Source: Rhynchobatus australiae (taxonomy: Eukaryota). From it: a stretch of DNA of 64,000 bases. Position 1 is the stretch's first letter; every line of letters starts with the position of its first letter. The position numbers and the translations under genes are program-made. Shown here one piece after another: positions 36,156 through 49,237 of this stretch. Below the pieces are notes generated by a model. That model was given only the letters and a program-made list of their open reading frames with translations, had not been told where the DNA came from and ran no database searches. The stretch covers positions 51,113,677-51,177,676 of the forward strand of contig JAUZTB010000098.1 in the NCBI GenBank assembly GCA_034780895.1. The letters are read 5' to 3'.

Positions 36156-39100
36156 GGTGGATGAATTAATTGTGCAATTAGATGTACATGAATATGGTAT
36201 TATGGAGATTATTGAGCCATGGTTGCAGGAGGTGAAGAATGGGAACCGAACATCTTGGGATATTCAGTGTTTAGGAAGGACAAAGAAAAGGAGGGTGAGT
36301 AGCATTGGTTAAAGAGGAGGTTAATGCATTAGTATAAAAGGATTTTGGTTCTGGTGATGTGAATCTGTATGGAACTGCCAAGGGAAAGAAAACATTGGTG
36401 TGAGTTGTTTACCAATTTCCAAAAGCTAGTGGTGATGTTGGGGATGATGTTAAACAGGAAGTTAGAAATGTGTGTAATAAGTGTATACGGAATGATTTTT
36501 CTGGACAAATACCTCAAGGAACTAAACAGAGAACAGGCCACCCCAGGATGAGTATTGTGTAATGATAAAGGATTAATTAGCAGTCTTGTAATGGGAGGAG
36601 TAACCACAGTTTGATTAAAATTCATTAAACTGGAGAATGATGTGGTTAGTTCTGAGAGTAAAGTCCTACATCTAAGTAAAGGAATTTATTCATTCCCATC
36701 TAGCATAAAAATAAAACAGGAAGGATAGCTCAAACATGACTAACAATGGAAATTAGAGATAGTGTTAAATGCACGGAGGAGACAAACAAATTGGCCGGAT
36801 AAAGCAGCAAACCTGCAGAGTGAGAGCACTTTAAAACTGAACAAAGGAAGACCAAGAGACTAAGAGGGGAAATGGATTATTTGAGTAAGCTTGGAGGGAA
36901 TATAAAAATTGCTTGTGAAAGCTTTTATTGATGTGTATGAAGAGAAAAAGTTTAGTGAAGACAAACATAGGCTCTTACAGTCAGAAACAGGAGAATTTAC
37001 AACGAGAAGTAAAGAAATGGTAGAACAATTGAATAAATACTTTGGTTCTGTCTTTGTGAAGAACACAACTAACCTGCCAGAAATGTTGGGGACACATGAT
37101 CTAGTGAGGGGGAGGAACCGAGAGAAATCAGTGTTGGTAGGAAAATTGATCGATTGAAAATTGATAAATCCCCTAGGTCCAATGGTCTGCATCTCAGAAA
37201 ACTTAAGGAAGTGGTGGTAACTTTTAAANNNNNNNNNNNNNNNNNNNNNNNNNNNNNNNNNNNNNNNNNNNNNNNNNNNNNNNNNNNNNNNNNNNNNNNN
37301 NNNNNNNNNNNNNNNNNNNNNNNNNNNNNNNNNNNNNNNNNNNNNNNNNNNNNNNNNNNNNNNNNNNNNNNNNNNNNNNNNNNNNNNNNNNNNNNNNNNN
37401 NNNNNNNNNNNNNNNNNNNNNNNNNNNNNNNNNNNNNNNNNNNNNNNNNNNNNNNNNNNNNNNNNNNNNNNNNNNNNNNNNNNNNNNNNNNNNNNNNNNN
37501 NNNNNNNNNNNNNNNNNNNNNNNNNNNNNNNNNNNNNNNNNNNNNNNNNNNNNNNNNNNNNNNNNNNNNNNNNNNNNNNNNNNNNNNNNNNNNNNNNNNN
37601 NNNNNNNNNNNNNNNNNNNNTCAGTAACATTTCTTACTATAAACTCTTAAAATTTGAAATGGTTATAAGGATCAAGATATGTACAAATGTGGCAAAAGCC
37701 TGATGTAATCAGTAACATTTAACCAATGAGTAGTTGCTGATCTCTTTAGTTCTTTGATTCTCTTTGATTCTCTTGGTGTGGTGACCCAAATTGTGCTCAT
37801 GCAATGATGAGGCCCTTGTGTGGTCTAATAACCTGTAGCTGCAGTTTTCTTGCTTCTTCTATACTTCAGTATGTCATACGCTGCCAGGTAATGTGTCAAA
37901 CTTATTTGGTGCCAGCAAATCAACTGGCCATGAATTGGTATGTGATTGCTTTACTTATGACCATCTCACATGCAGAGAGGGTGCCATAAAGAAAAATTAC
38001 ATTGGTATAGCTGTCTTGATGGGAATGTTTCCATGGGGGTCCTGCATTTGGCCACTTCGCTGCTCGGCAGCAGAGGTCACTGTGACTCTGGAGCTTTTCT
38101 CAACCACAATGTCCTGAGGACATGAAGCTGATTTGAACATTGACTGACCTCAGAAAGGGACACTGTCACTACAACATTTTGCTAGGACTTACCATTGGCT
38201 TGTGAAGTGATGACAGTTACACTGGACACAGGGCTTATTCCTTAGATCCGTGCCCTTGATCTGTCTTTTCTGGTTATGACAAGTTCTTGTAGTGGGAATT
38301 GTCCACCAGAAATTCATGCTTGTGGAACGGAGATTCCTTTGTCACTCTTACTATCTCCTGTAATGTAGGAATGGCGACTTCAGTGCATCAAATGATGCAA
38401 TAGTCATAAGGCAACAAACTTATCATGATCACTTTGGGTTAGTCAGAGTGTCAGCACTGTTGGTTGAGGAGTTCTTGCTTGAACCCACCAACCCATAGTC
38501 CACCATTTTTCTGTAGAATAATGGGCTGTTTAGGAACATGGACAAGCTGGGTAAATACTTGGAAAAGATTGCACTTTGATGTGTCTGTTCCGCTGGAAGG
38601 TGGGTGGTCCTTCAAACCGTTCCAGATGGTGCACAGCCCAACATATTGATCTGCAAGGTGCCAGCACTGTCCTCAAATGAATTGATTTATGTTGAACCTA
38701 CCTGCTCTGTATACTTCTGGTGGACATTCACCGCACCCAGAGTAACGTTCTGCATCAGAATAACTTACAAAGGTCTTTGTGTCACAAATATATCCTAGTG
38801 CATCAGATATCATTTTGGTTTCTGAAAAGCAGGCAAATTTCTAGACTGCGGATGTCTGGTATAGCAGCCCCAGGCATGCAAATTATGGTAATGAGCAATT
38901 AAACGGTACACTAAGTTCAAATTCTCAAACAGCCAAATTTTAACTATATTGCACCCAATTAGAGCCTGCTTTCACCCTTCTGCCAAAATAACCACTATCT
39001 GTCTCCAAAAAGACATCTGACCTTACAAATTATCACTGGTAAGATTAACAGATGAATACTTCGGCATAGCAGGGGTGCAAACTCATTTAAAAATAATCAG

Positions 39101-39250
39101 TTGAATTAGCCAATGTCTTATACAGACTTGTTAATTCATTACCATTGCCAAAGTAATTTCTTGGCTCTGACTTCATCTGTCCATTTGCTTACATGCTTTA
39201 TTAAAAGGTTTCCTATTCCCAAGTATCTATCAACATTGTTGTGTTAACTT

Positions 39251-39567
39251 GCATAGTGGCACAGCTAGTAGAGTTGATGCCAGATAGCTCCAGTGACCCA
39301 GTTCAGTACTCTGATGCTGCATTGTGTCGAGTTTGCATGTTCTCCCTGTGCCCATGTGGGTTTCCTCTGAGTGTGGATTGGTAGGTTAATCATCCATTGT
39401 AAATTGCCCCTTGTGTGTAGGTGGGAGGTTGAACCAGGAACGGATGGTGGAGTTAATGGGAATATGGGGAGAATAAATTACAAGGAAAGTTAATGGGGAA
39501 ACAGGATGGCTCTGTGAGCTGGCATAGACCCGATGGTCCTTATGTCAGAAGGAAATATGGAAATATT
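39251..39567 (+). mobile_element. HE1-like V-SINE (older, internally deleted)
   Basis: tRNA-like head tagtggcacagctagtagag, V-domain gagtttgcatgttctccctgtg..tgtgggtttcctct, tgtaaattgcccct, and tail gctggcatagacccgatgg. Confidence 0.7.
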
Positions 39568-41724
39568 TTGGGGAAAAATTCATACTTGGTTGACAGTGGG
39601 AAATAAATGCATAAGGATCACCTGTCAGGTGTACTTGCTTCTGCATGTTTGGTTCCATTTGCCTGGCTCTGTGTCACTCTCTACCAACAATGCAACAGCC
39701 AGGGTGGCACTAGAAGGATTTCACAGAAATGAGCATGGAATCTGCCACAGGAACAGGGTTGGCTGCTAACATCCAGATCTGTACTTTGAGATCACAACTA
39801 GAAATTGTATTGCATAATGCCACAGGCCTATGCACTACAAGGTCCTGCCAGCTGCAGTGCTCAGTTTAGCCCGGGGTTTAAAGGTCAATAGGAGGAGGTC
39901 TGATCAAAGGCCAACAACCGTGCAGTGGCTGCTGCTCCAGGGTTCACATCAAACAATGAAAAGTATCCTGCTGATGAAGATTCTGGAATTGTCAAGCCTA
40001 GAGCAGGCAATTAGTGAAGGTCTTGTGTCTGATGTCTGTCCAGGCAAATTTATGAGGTGGGTCTGGAAGTAGTCATTGAGTCCATTTTCAAGGGTTTCTC
40101 TAAAACACCCACACTCTTGTGGCATTCAAACCGTTTTAGATAATGGGGAGGTTGGCCCCCTCCATAAATTAGACCTGTTGTATCCATCTGCCATACCCAA
40201 TGTTCAAGGTGCAAAGAGGCCCAGCTTCAGATTTCCACCTGCTGTGAGTATATATTTCCTCCAACAATTTTCATACAGTATTGATAAGAGTATTAAATTT
40301 ATTCCATTATTACCTGAGTTATTATCACTTGGGAGCTAAGTGGCCATTGCCTGAATTCAATAAAATGAGTATCTTATAGAAGTTGGCATGGAAAATCAGA
40401 CACCCCTGTGCCTACTGAGTGGTTGAGATTCATTTCTCTCCTGTAGCTAGGCTGGGCACATCACTAACTGGCACATGCACTGATGAAGAAGATTAGAGTT
40501 GATAAATCTCTTCTGTCTGTCATTTTTCTTCCTCCTCTCCTTGATATGTTTTGGCCTGAAGATAATTTGCTGGGTGAATAAAAACATCTTTGCAGTAAGT
40601 TTTCCTGGCTTTGTAGATGTTACCAGCAATGCTTGAGGTGTTATTGATGAATTTTCAGCTTGTCCTTTACAGATCCATTTGTTACCTGATGGAATGTGTC
40701 AGAATATTCAATAACTTGGAGGGACTATATTGTCCTTTCTTCCTGTCTCTCTGAGTGAGATGTAGACTGCAATACCCACATATCCTGAGGGTTCATCAAC
40801 CGAAATGGTCAAGACCTGTCATGATGTTTTATCTTGAGCTGTGATCCGCGAGCAAGCCATGTTATTAGATCTGTTTGGATATTCTATTTGTTGTCATGGC
40901 TACACCACTAAATATAACTTTATGAATGGATGAGACAAGTTAGAAATACGCTTCTATCTGTAGATTTTTTTAATGGTAGATTCGATAACCTAGAAATTCA
41001 GGCAGCCTTTTTTTGGGTTCCTAGGGTTTCAGGGTCTTCCTGATGAATGAAGATCCCAAGATGGTCCGGCAATGGAGATGGGGCACCTTGCAGTCTTTCA
41101 GACTAATACCGAATTCGATATCTTTAGGTAACTTTGTTGGGTTATAGATGCTCCAGATTACAGCATCTGCAGTCTCTTGTGTCTTCACTTTTTTCCCCTC
41201 TCTCTGTCCTCCTAATTTCCTTAAGTACCCCCCTAAACTTTCTGCACTCTGTGTAGGTCTCTCCCATTTTCAGTTCACCATAATTGCCATGCGCTTTCTT
41301 TTTTTTCATTATCCAACCCTTGATGTCTCTTGATATCCGGGTTCCTTATCCTCACACTTATGGCAACACATAGCCCCTGAATTCTCATTATTCCACTTTT
41401 GAATGAGTCCCACTTGTCAGATGTGGAATCACCTGTAAATAGCTGCTCCTAGTCTACTTTTGTCAGGTTTTATGATGTTGAAATCAGCTTTCTCCCAATT
41501 CAGGACCTTAAATTCTGCACCATTCTTCATCCATTTCCATAACTACCTCAAAATTTAGTGTATGGGAATGTACATTATGTGCAGGAATGCAGCATAAAGT
41601 CAATTGGTTACGAGATGTAATCACCACACTGGTTAGAGGCAAACCTAGGAAAAAAATGAGATGGCTATAGTTGTTGAAGGCATCTCCGTCTCAAGAAACT
41701 GTTGCACCTGTTGCCCTATTCTAT

Positions 41725-42600
41725 GTCCCAGGACCAATCATCCTCAGTTGTTCCATTAGTGTTCTTCCCTCCATCATGGGGTCAAAAGTGAGGATGTGTT
41801 CTGATGATTGCATAGCATTCAATTCCATTTATTACTCCTTAAATAATTAAGCCTTCCCCATTCATCAAAGCCTGAATAATATTAACACATGTGGTTAAGA
41901 GGTAGGTAATATTCATAGCACACAAGTACCAGGCAATGACTGTCTCTGACAAGAAGACTAAATGTATCAACATGCAATGGCATCACCATCATGAAGTCTC
42001 CAAAAGTCCTTGGGGATTCACCATTTACCAGGATCAGCCACATAAATACTGTGGCTCTAAGAACAGATTAGAGGCAGGGTTTTCTGCAATGAATAACTGA
42101 TCCGCTGAATCTCCAAAGTCTATCCAACATCTACAAGGCAGAGCCCAGAGTGTGATGGAATATTCCGCACGTGCATGATTGATTCCAACTCCCATGAAGA
42201 GCTGCACAGTCCAAGACCAAGTAACCATTTGACAGGCACCCCACCACCTTAAATTTCATTCCCTTCATCAGAAGTGCACTATGACTGCACTGTGTGCATC
42301 TACAAGATGAATTGTAGCAGCTCACCTAGTTGCCTTTAACAGTATTCCTGGGCCCATGGTCCCATCCACATAGGACAATACAGGTGGTCTATGAACACAA
42401 TTCCAAATGTGACTCACTCTCCAGGTCACATACCGTCCTTCTTTGCCATTGGATCAAACCCTTCAAACACCCAGCCAATGCCTTCACCATGAGGACTGCA
42501 GTAGTTTAAGAAATCAGCTGTTAATATCATTTTTTAGAGCAGCTTATGATGAATGGTAAATGTTGACCTCACTTGCTTTTCGTACGTTTCATGAATGAAT
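41725..42600 (+). mobile_element. Decayed CR1/L2-group LINE RT C-terminus and 3' end
   Basis: Degenerate (F)ADDC motif (gttctgatgattgc), SHINTVA, QSLSNIYKA..RSVMEYS. Ends in atgaatgaatgaaaa. Confidence 0.65.
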
Positions 42601-45164
42601 GAAAATAACAATTAAAATAATTGAATCCAAGGGACATAAGGTTACTATACTGGAATGCTTGATACTTTTCACACGCAACACAGAATAAAGAAGCATAGAA
42701 TAACACCAAAACCATCAGCATTTTATAGATGTGCTGATACAAACATAATCTACATTTATTTCAAAGCNNNNNNNNNNNNNNNNNNNNNNNNNNNNNNNNN
42801 NNNNNNNNNNNNNNNNNNNNNNNNNNNNNNNNNNNNNNNNNNNNNNNNNNNNNNNNNNNNNNNNNNNATCAGCATTTTATAGATGTGCTGATACAAACAT
42901 AATCTACATTTATTTCAAAGCCATCAACTAAAACTTATCACAGTTATTATCACATTGCTGGTAATATACTATGATTGATTATGGATCCTTGAGATAGTTT
43001 AAACATTGCTATCCATAAAGGAGTCTTAATTTGAAGACATAAGAGAGTTGTACTTCATGCAATAAAACAGTACTTCAGAGCTGATTGGATGTTTGCACAA
43101 AAATTGGTTGCAATGTAACAGTGTTCTGAAAACAAGAATGGACCCTCTGGAAACTAAGGAGTAAACTTACTTGTAGCATCAATCATTTTTGACAAACAAG
43201 CTGTATGTGAAGATAAGTTTGGCTTGCTGTCAGAGTTGATATTTGATCAAACCACTCTACACAGGTGCTGTGGACTTCCTGTGATATTGTTTTTGATCCC
43301 CATCTCATTTGTTTGAAAGCACAGCATTGGCTCTGTCACATCTGTCACCAGCTGATGGGCTTAAAATTTTATGCTGCTTTGCATCCTGCAATATTTTCCT
43401 CCAAACTGTCTTAACATTTACTATTCCTCAAAGCACTTATTCTTTAGAATTACAGTTACCAACAGCATGAAGTCAGGATTCTTATGACAATAGAAGAAGC
43501 AGGGTTAAAGGGATTGGGAAGCAGGGGTGGGGACACACAGATGTTGTCAGGTAGAGGGGCTGTGCTGCAATGCAGGTCAATGCTCTTTTGAGTATGTCAG
43601 ATCTGAACTGACATGCTACAATTTCTTTGGTATCTACGTATATGCTCCATTGCTCAAAAGTATGGGGTATAGAAGTGATAAGGAGGACAAAACTGCCACT
43701 GCTGGCTGTCTTTGAATCTTAATCACTTGTATGATAATCCTGAAGCAGTGCTAATATTTAGATGATGCTACATTGAAGCCAGTAACTCAGTTGATTTTAC
43801 CCTGATGTGATGAGAGAGATTTCCGATCATTATTTCAGAAGCATGCTCTAGAAAGGATTAGGTGGAATGCAATGAAAAAACTTGGTTTTTATTTCTTTAC
43901 TAAAAATCATAAGACAAGTTGGCCAACTTTTAAAGTTCAAATCCCAGAAAGAAATTGTCAACTTTGACAAAGATCTGCAAATGTTTCTGTCCTTTCATAG
44001 CATGTCCCAGGTCTGGAAGTGTGCCAACTTCTCCTGTGCATGTTTGTTTCTGTTTCGGCTCGTGGATGATACCAGATACAAACACAACACTACACACAAA
44101 ACATCATGATTAAGAAAAGAAGCTCAGTATAATTTCTCTTTCAATAAAAAACCCAATAAACCAAACACAAATAAAGCTTTTGAAATTTTCCTTGAAATTA
44201 TTTTGATGAACAATTGGGCATAGCCTGCTAGAACAACCCCACCCCTTTGCAAAAGGCCCAGCAGCTCAGCTACTAAACAGAAAGGATGAAACTTTTGTGC
44301 ACCAGATGTGTTTAATCCATTATGTGTTCAGTCCCATTCTTCTTCCAATAGGAAATGATCTACTTCTAAACTGAATGAGTTAACCAGAAGTCTGACCAAA
44401 ACCCTTTCAATTCCAACACTTTAAAATGCTGAACAGAAGTAGCTTGAAGATACAATTGTGTCATTCTTATAACCTCTCTGTATGTTTTTACCATATTATA
44501 GTTGTCGTAAGCTTTCATCCTGAATGTGGAAGGAAGGGATTAAGCATCCAATCTGAAAGACTTTTGACTCATTTGTAAATGCATAGATTCAGGTAATGAC
44601 TTCATCATTTCTTGCAGATCCAGATTTAATTTGTCCAGATGCAGCGGTATGTCTGGTGAAAAGGTCAAATCCATCAGTCACTGAGAGCTTATGAATTCAG
44701 TGAATGATTTGGTGTTGTATTCAAATAAAAATTCTCATAGTATTAAGCAATTTAAAATAATCGAAGGGTCACTTTGCTTGCAGAAAGGCCACACTGCAAA
44801 ATGAATCGCAAGTTCAATTTTCGTTCATTACGTCCTTCAATCAGAATTTGCAACTGATTCAATGCATGAGTTTCAATGCAGTTCAGTTTCTAGAGCAACC
44901 TTCATGACATGCTTTGAGTGTTTTGTTATCAGTTGGTCTTACTGAATGATGCAAAGAAACATCCACATTTCAGGAATGGTCATCAGCTTTAGAAAATTGC
45001 ACTAACCCAACCATTGAGCCTAATGCTGCTGTTAACCCATCTACAGCAGCAACAAGTTTCTGTAATGGTTCCTCAGGGTTTCTGGATATCCACAACGTAG
45101 ATTTGATCCTTTAGTAACACCTCCTTAAGCAATTCTTCATAAAACACACAAACTGCTGCATTGA

Positions 45165-45295
45165 TACTGGCTATTTCCCCTCTAATTTTCAGTCCAGATG
45201 GAGGGTCTTGAACCAAAAAACATTGGCCGTCTATTTCCCTTCACAGATGCTGCCTGACCTGCTGAATTCTGCCAGCAGTTTGTTTTTTGCTTCAG
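45165..45295 (+). mobile_element. Penelope pseudo-LTR fragment
   Basis: cagtccagatggagggtcttgaacc...cacagatgctgcctgacctgctgaattctgccagcag. Confidence 0.7.
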
Positions 45296-45489
45296 AATGA
45301 AATCAGTGCTCAGTGGAGGTACTGTATATGTCACCAACAATATCACCAACACACATTTCACAAGATCAGTCAAAGGGAAAGTTCTAGTCAACTTGATACA
45401 GCTTTGCTTTCTTTAGTTAATTTACTTCATAGTAATTATCACATAGATTTTTCTGTAGTAGCATTAAAGATTAAGTATTTGAACTGAGA

Positions 45490-45655
45490 TCTAGGTCTTA
45501 TGATCTGATTACTTATTCTATTGCTGTTGGAGGGAGTTTTCTGAATATAAATTGTCTTCCATATTTCCTACTTTAGAATGGTGACTACACTTCAGATGTA
45601 TTTCATTGCCTGTAAAGTGTTTTGGGACATGAAAGGCTCCATTTGAATGCGAGTC
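45490..45655 (+). mobile_element. Deu-domain SINE (SacSINE1-like) 3' remnant
   Basis: attgctgttggaggga...tttcctactttagaatggtgactacacttcagatgtatttcattgcctgtaaagtgttttgggac..tgaaaggc...gaatgcgagtc matches the recalled 3' half of shark DeuSINEs. Confidence 0.6.
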
Positions 45656-46147
45656 AGAAAAGAGTATGTGATATTGTGATAAAAAAATCAAAAGCTCTGC
45701 CTGGAATTGAAGTGTATGAGTGTCTAGTGGCTCACTGATGAAGCATTGGTGGTAGTTTTGTGAGATGGCATCTTAGTGTGCTGTCAACATCCTTCTTTTA
45801 AGGAACCTTTGGAACTGGGATTAAAGTTTGCCAGAAATTCTATCCCATTTGTTTCTGCATATTTAGGCGTCAACTAGATGTTGCCTGTCTGTTTTATGCA
45901 TGGCATTTTGTGAAAGTAAATTTTTTGTCACTCTTTCTAATAGAGAATTCAAATCATTATATTGTAGTGATGATCCCAGAAAAAGAAGTGGAGCCAACTG
46001 TTGTATTTGACCTAAAAGTATTTCAATGCATAATATGAGGTTGCAGATGAATGGGAATGTTTTGTGGTATGTAGTGAATAATATCACTGGCACCAAGCAA
46101 GAAAATATTCTGCTAACATGCTCTCACAAAAATAAATTACATGGATG

Positions 46148-46445
46148 GTAGAGTGGTGCAGTAGTTAGTGCAGCTGCCTCAGGGCTCCAGTGACCTGGGT
46201 TTGGTTCTGACCTAGGATGCTGGCTGAGTGGAGTTTGTATGTTTTCCCTGTGATCATACTGGTTTTCCCTGGATCTTCCCACATCCCAGAGTTGTCCTAA
46301 CTGCTAAGTGAATTGACTTTTGTAAATCATCCGTAGTATTGGTGGGTAATAGAAGAATCAGGGGAGTTGATGAGCATGCAAGAGGTTACAGGGAAATAAA
46401 TGAGAATTATAATACACTGTGAGTCAACACAGATCTGATGAACCA
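46148..46445 (+). mobile_element. HE1-like V-SINE (older)
   Basis: gtggtgcagtagttagtgcagctgcctcagggctccagtgacctgggtt, then gtggagtttgtatgttttccctgtg...cttcccacatccca. Same layout as 39251. Confidence 0.7.
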
Positions 46446-47139
46446 NNNNNNNNNNNNNNNNNNNNNNNNNNNNNNNNNNNNNNNNNNNNNNNNNNNNNNN
46501 NNNNNNNNNNNNNNNNNNNNNNNNNNNNNNNNNNNNNNNNNNNNNNNNNNNNNNNNNNNNNNNNNNNNNNNNNNNNNNNNNNNNNNNNNNNNNNNNNNNN
46601 NNNNNNNNNNNNNNNNNNNNNNNNNNNNNNNNCTGCAACATCCAACTGAATCCTTGGCAGTAGATTATATAGTCACTACAAAATCTGTTATATAAGAAAT
46701 GTCCTTTTGGAAGCTCTCCCCGTTTCTGTTTGTTGGCCATGTCTGTATCATGTAGAACTGGGGGAATGTTGCCTAACCAGAAGCAGCTCAGGAAAGTAGG
46801 CCTTGCCGTATTCGATAATAAATTGCTATTTCCAAAGGAGGACAAGTGCCATTTTAAACTCTAGTCCAGATGCAATTTCTGTCACAGTGCAAGATCCTTA
46901 TCTGAAATTAAAATTCAGATAAGCCATGATCTAGCTGAGTGGTAAAACAGGCTCAAGAGGCTGCATGGCCAAATCTCATCTCAGTTCCCAGTACAAGATA
47001 TAATTCAATGACAGTTTTCTTGCTGAGTTATGGACATTCAGGCCAGGCCTATTCTGATGTGACTAACTTGCTGCACCTAAATCATATAAATAAATTGTGG
47101 GTGGGGAGAGGGGGCAAAATTAATGAATATAATTGGTTT

Positions 47140-47280
47140 ATTAATTTCACATGTACTGAGGTACAGTGAAAAACTTTGTTTTGCATGCCATCCTTCCAAA
47201 TCATATCTCACATCGGTACATCGAGGTAGTACAAGGGAAAAGCAATAATGAAATGCAGAATGTAGTGTTACAGAATGTAA
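47140..47280 (-). mobile_element. Rex1/Babar-type LINE extreme 3' end
   Basis: gtacatcgaggtagtacaagggaaaagcaataa...gcagaatgtagtgttacag is homologous to the UTR at 30448-30501. It ends (minus) tttcactgtacctcagtacatgtgaaattaa. Confidence 0.65.
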
Positions 47281-48830
47281 ATTGATCCCAAGATGAGATC
47301 ATCCTTTTTATTACAACACATAAATAGAACAGGCCTTGAATATATTATTTGCAATACTGTGTTGTTGTATTATCAAGATTTTCATCTGTTGTGTTGTCTA
47401 AAACTCAACCAAATCTAACCATTAAACTTTGTTGCACTTATTGTTGTTTTGGTTCTGTGACACATGGCATCTATGAGCCCAATACTGTAAGTATCTGGTG
47501 CATACTTACAGCATTGGGCTCACAGCTGCTGCAGATGGTGGGTAGTCCTAAGCACAGCCACTGACGTCATTGGGTGTGACAGTGGCTGCACTGGATTTCT
47601 AGGGCCCAGAATAAACGTGTCTTGGCAAATGTCTACTGACAGGTGAAGTGAGAATATTGTGTGACCCAACTACAGCTCATCAGGCATGTTTGAAAAGACC
47701 TGCTTTTTGTTTTTATAATTGAGTCATGCCATGTAAAGGAACATAGAAACAGGAGTAGGCCATTCACCCTCTCGGACTTGCTTTACCGTTCAGCTAAACC
47801 ATCGGACCATAGTTAATTTGTAGCTCCACACAAGCATATGGTTGCATAAGTAAATCTATTTTTGAGATCTTTAATTGAACTAATCACAACAGCTTTTTTG
47901 TAGAAAGGGGGCCACAAAACACATTATGTTTCTGCAAAGATATGAATCATTTTGTGACACTGAGGAGGACTGTTGCAGTTTAGCACAGTGATCATGTAAG
48001 TTTATGAGATTGGAATAATTGGAATAATAGGTGCATTTGAATGCAGCTCATACAAAGATTATTCTTGATTTGATTTTGTTGTTTTTAATGCATTTAATGA
48101 TATGTTTGCTTATTTGAGATTTTAATGATGATGTATAACTCCTGTGTTTGTAATACTGCAGTGATCATGTACTTTATTCTAACATAACTTTGCTGCTGAA
48201 ACGGTTCACTTTGCGTAACAATGTAATATTATAAATTCTTTTTTTTCATTGGAGAAGCTTGTTTCGTATATAAATACATGGAAATCAAAATATCATAGCC
48301 TGTAATAAATACTCCTTTGATGGAACTATCCCATAAATACTCCCTTTAACACACCCTGCTGGCATTTTCTCTCATTGATAGATCCATTAAAAATAATTGA
48401 ATCTGATCTTTTGCTGCATTAAAATAAAACCCAAAGCCCTGGCTTAATTATAATCATGTTAATCACGTTTCACCTATTTGTGGGAATAATAAAGTTTAAC
48501 AACATACTAAGGAAGGAATGTATTTTATAGCTGCAATAAAATTTAACATTCATTCAATATAATAAGGTTGGTTAGTATGGTAAGGATCTACATTAATAGA
48601 TCTATCTGCAGTAAAATAGGAACAAAAGTGACAGTATAATTTTCATTAACCTTAGATTAACTCTGAGCATCAATAATAACCACTGTAATAAATATTCCTT
48701 TAAAATCTTTGTGTTCTATTTATTCTTTCTAAAGCAGTGGCATGCTTCATCCTAGCTGTACTCTTTTTAGTATTGATCTACCTTGGGAACTACACAGCCT
48801 CTGATGGCTTACAGCAGAGTTTCTTGTATT

Positions 48831-49237
48831 CACAATTATACAGCATGGAAACAGTCCCTTCGGCCCAACTTGTCCATGCCAATCAAGACTAAATTAATCC
48901 CATTTGTCTGCATTTGGCCCATATCCCTCTAAACCTTTCCTATCCACGTACCTGACCAAATGTTTTTTAAACATTGTAATTGTACCCGCCTCTACCATCT
49001 CCTCTGGCAGGTTGTTCCATATACCCATCAGCCTCCATGTGAAAAACTTTCACCTCTGGTCCCCTTTAAATATTTCCCCTCTCAATTTAAACCTATGCCG
49101 TCTAGTTTTTGACTCCCCTCCCCTGAGAGAATCACTGTGACTGTTTACCCTATCTATGTCTACCATTATTTTCTAAACCTCTATATGGTCACTCCTCAGC
49201 CTCTTTAGCTCCAGGGAAAAAGTCCCAGCCTATCCAG
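48831..49237 (-). mobile_element. CR1-type LINE 3' end
   Basis: cagcatggaaacagtcccttcggccca...tcctatccacgtacctgaccaaatg...aaacctctatatggtcactcctcagcctct...cccagcctatcca. Confidence 0.85.

Larger units (their letters stand above)
34990..37228 (+). mobile_element. CR1-type LINE 5' half: ORF1 esterase-like and ORF2 endonuclease remnants
   Basis: IGDSIVRG (GDSL/SGNH motif of CR1 ORF1) near 35225. APE start LCLNVQRIHNK/VDEL..IIEPWLQ..LGYSVFRKD. Later LQSETGEF..KEMVEQLNKYFGSVF and LKIDKSPRSNGLHLRKLKEV. Confidence 0.85.

Noticed and set aside
42714-42921. 54-bp direct repeat around a 100-N gap (superficially repeat-spacer-repeat)
   Set aside because: Assembly overlap, not a CRISPR-like or tandem structure.
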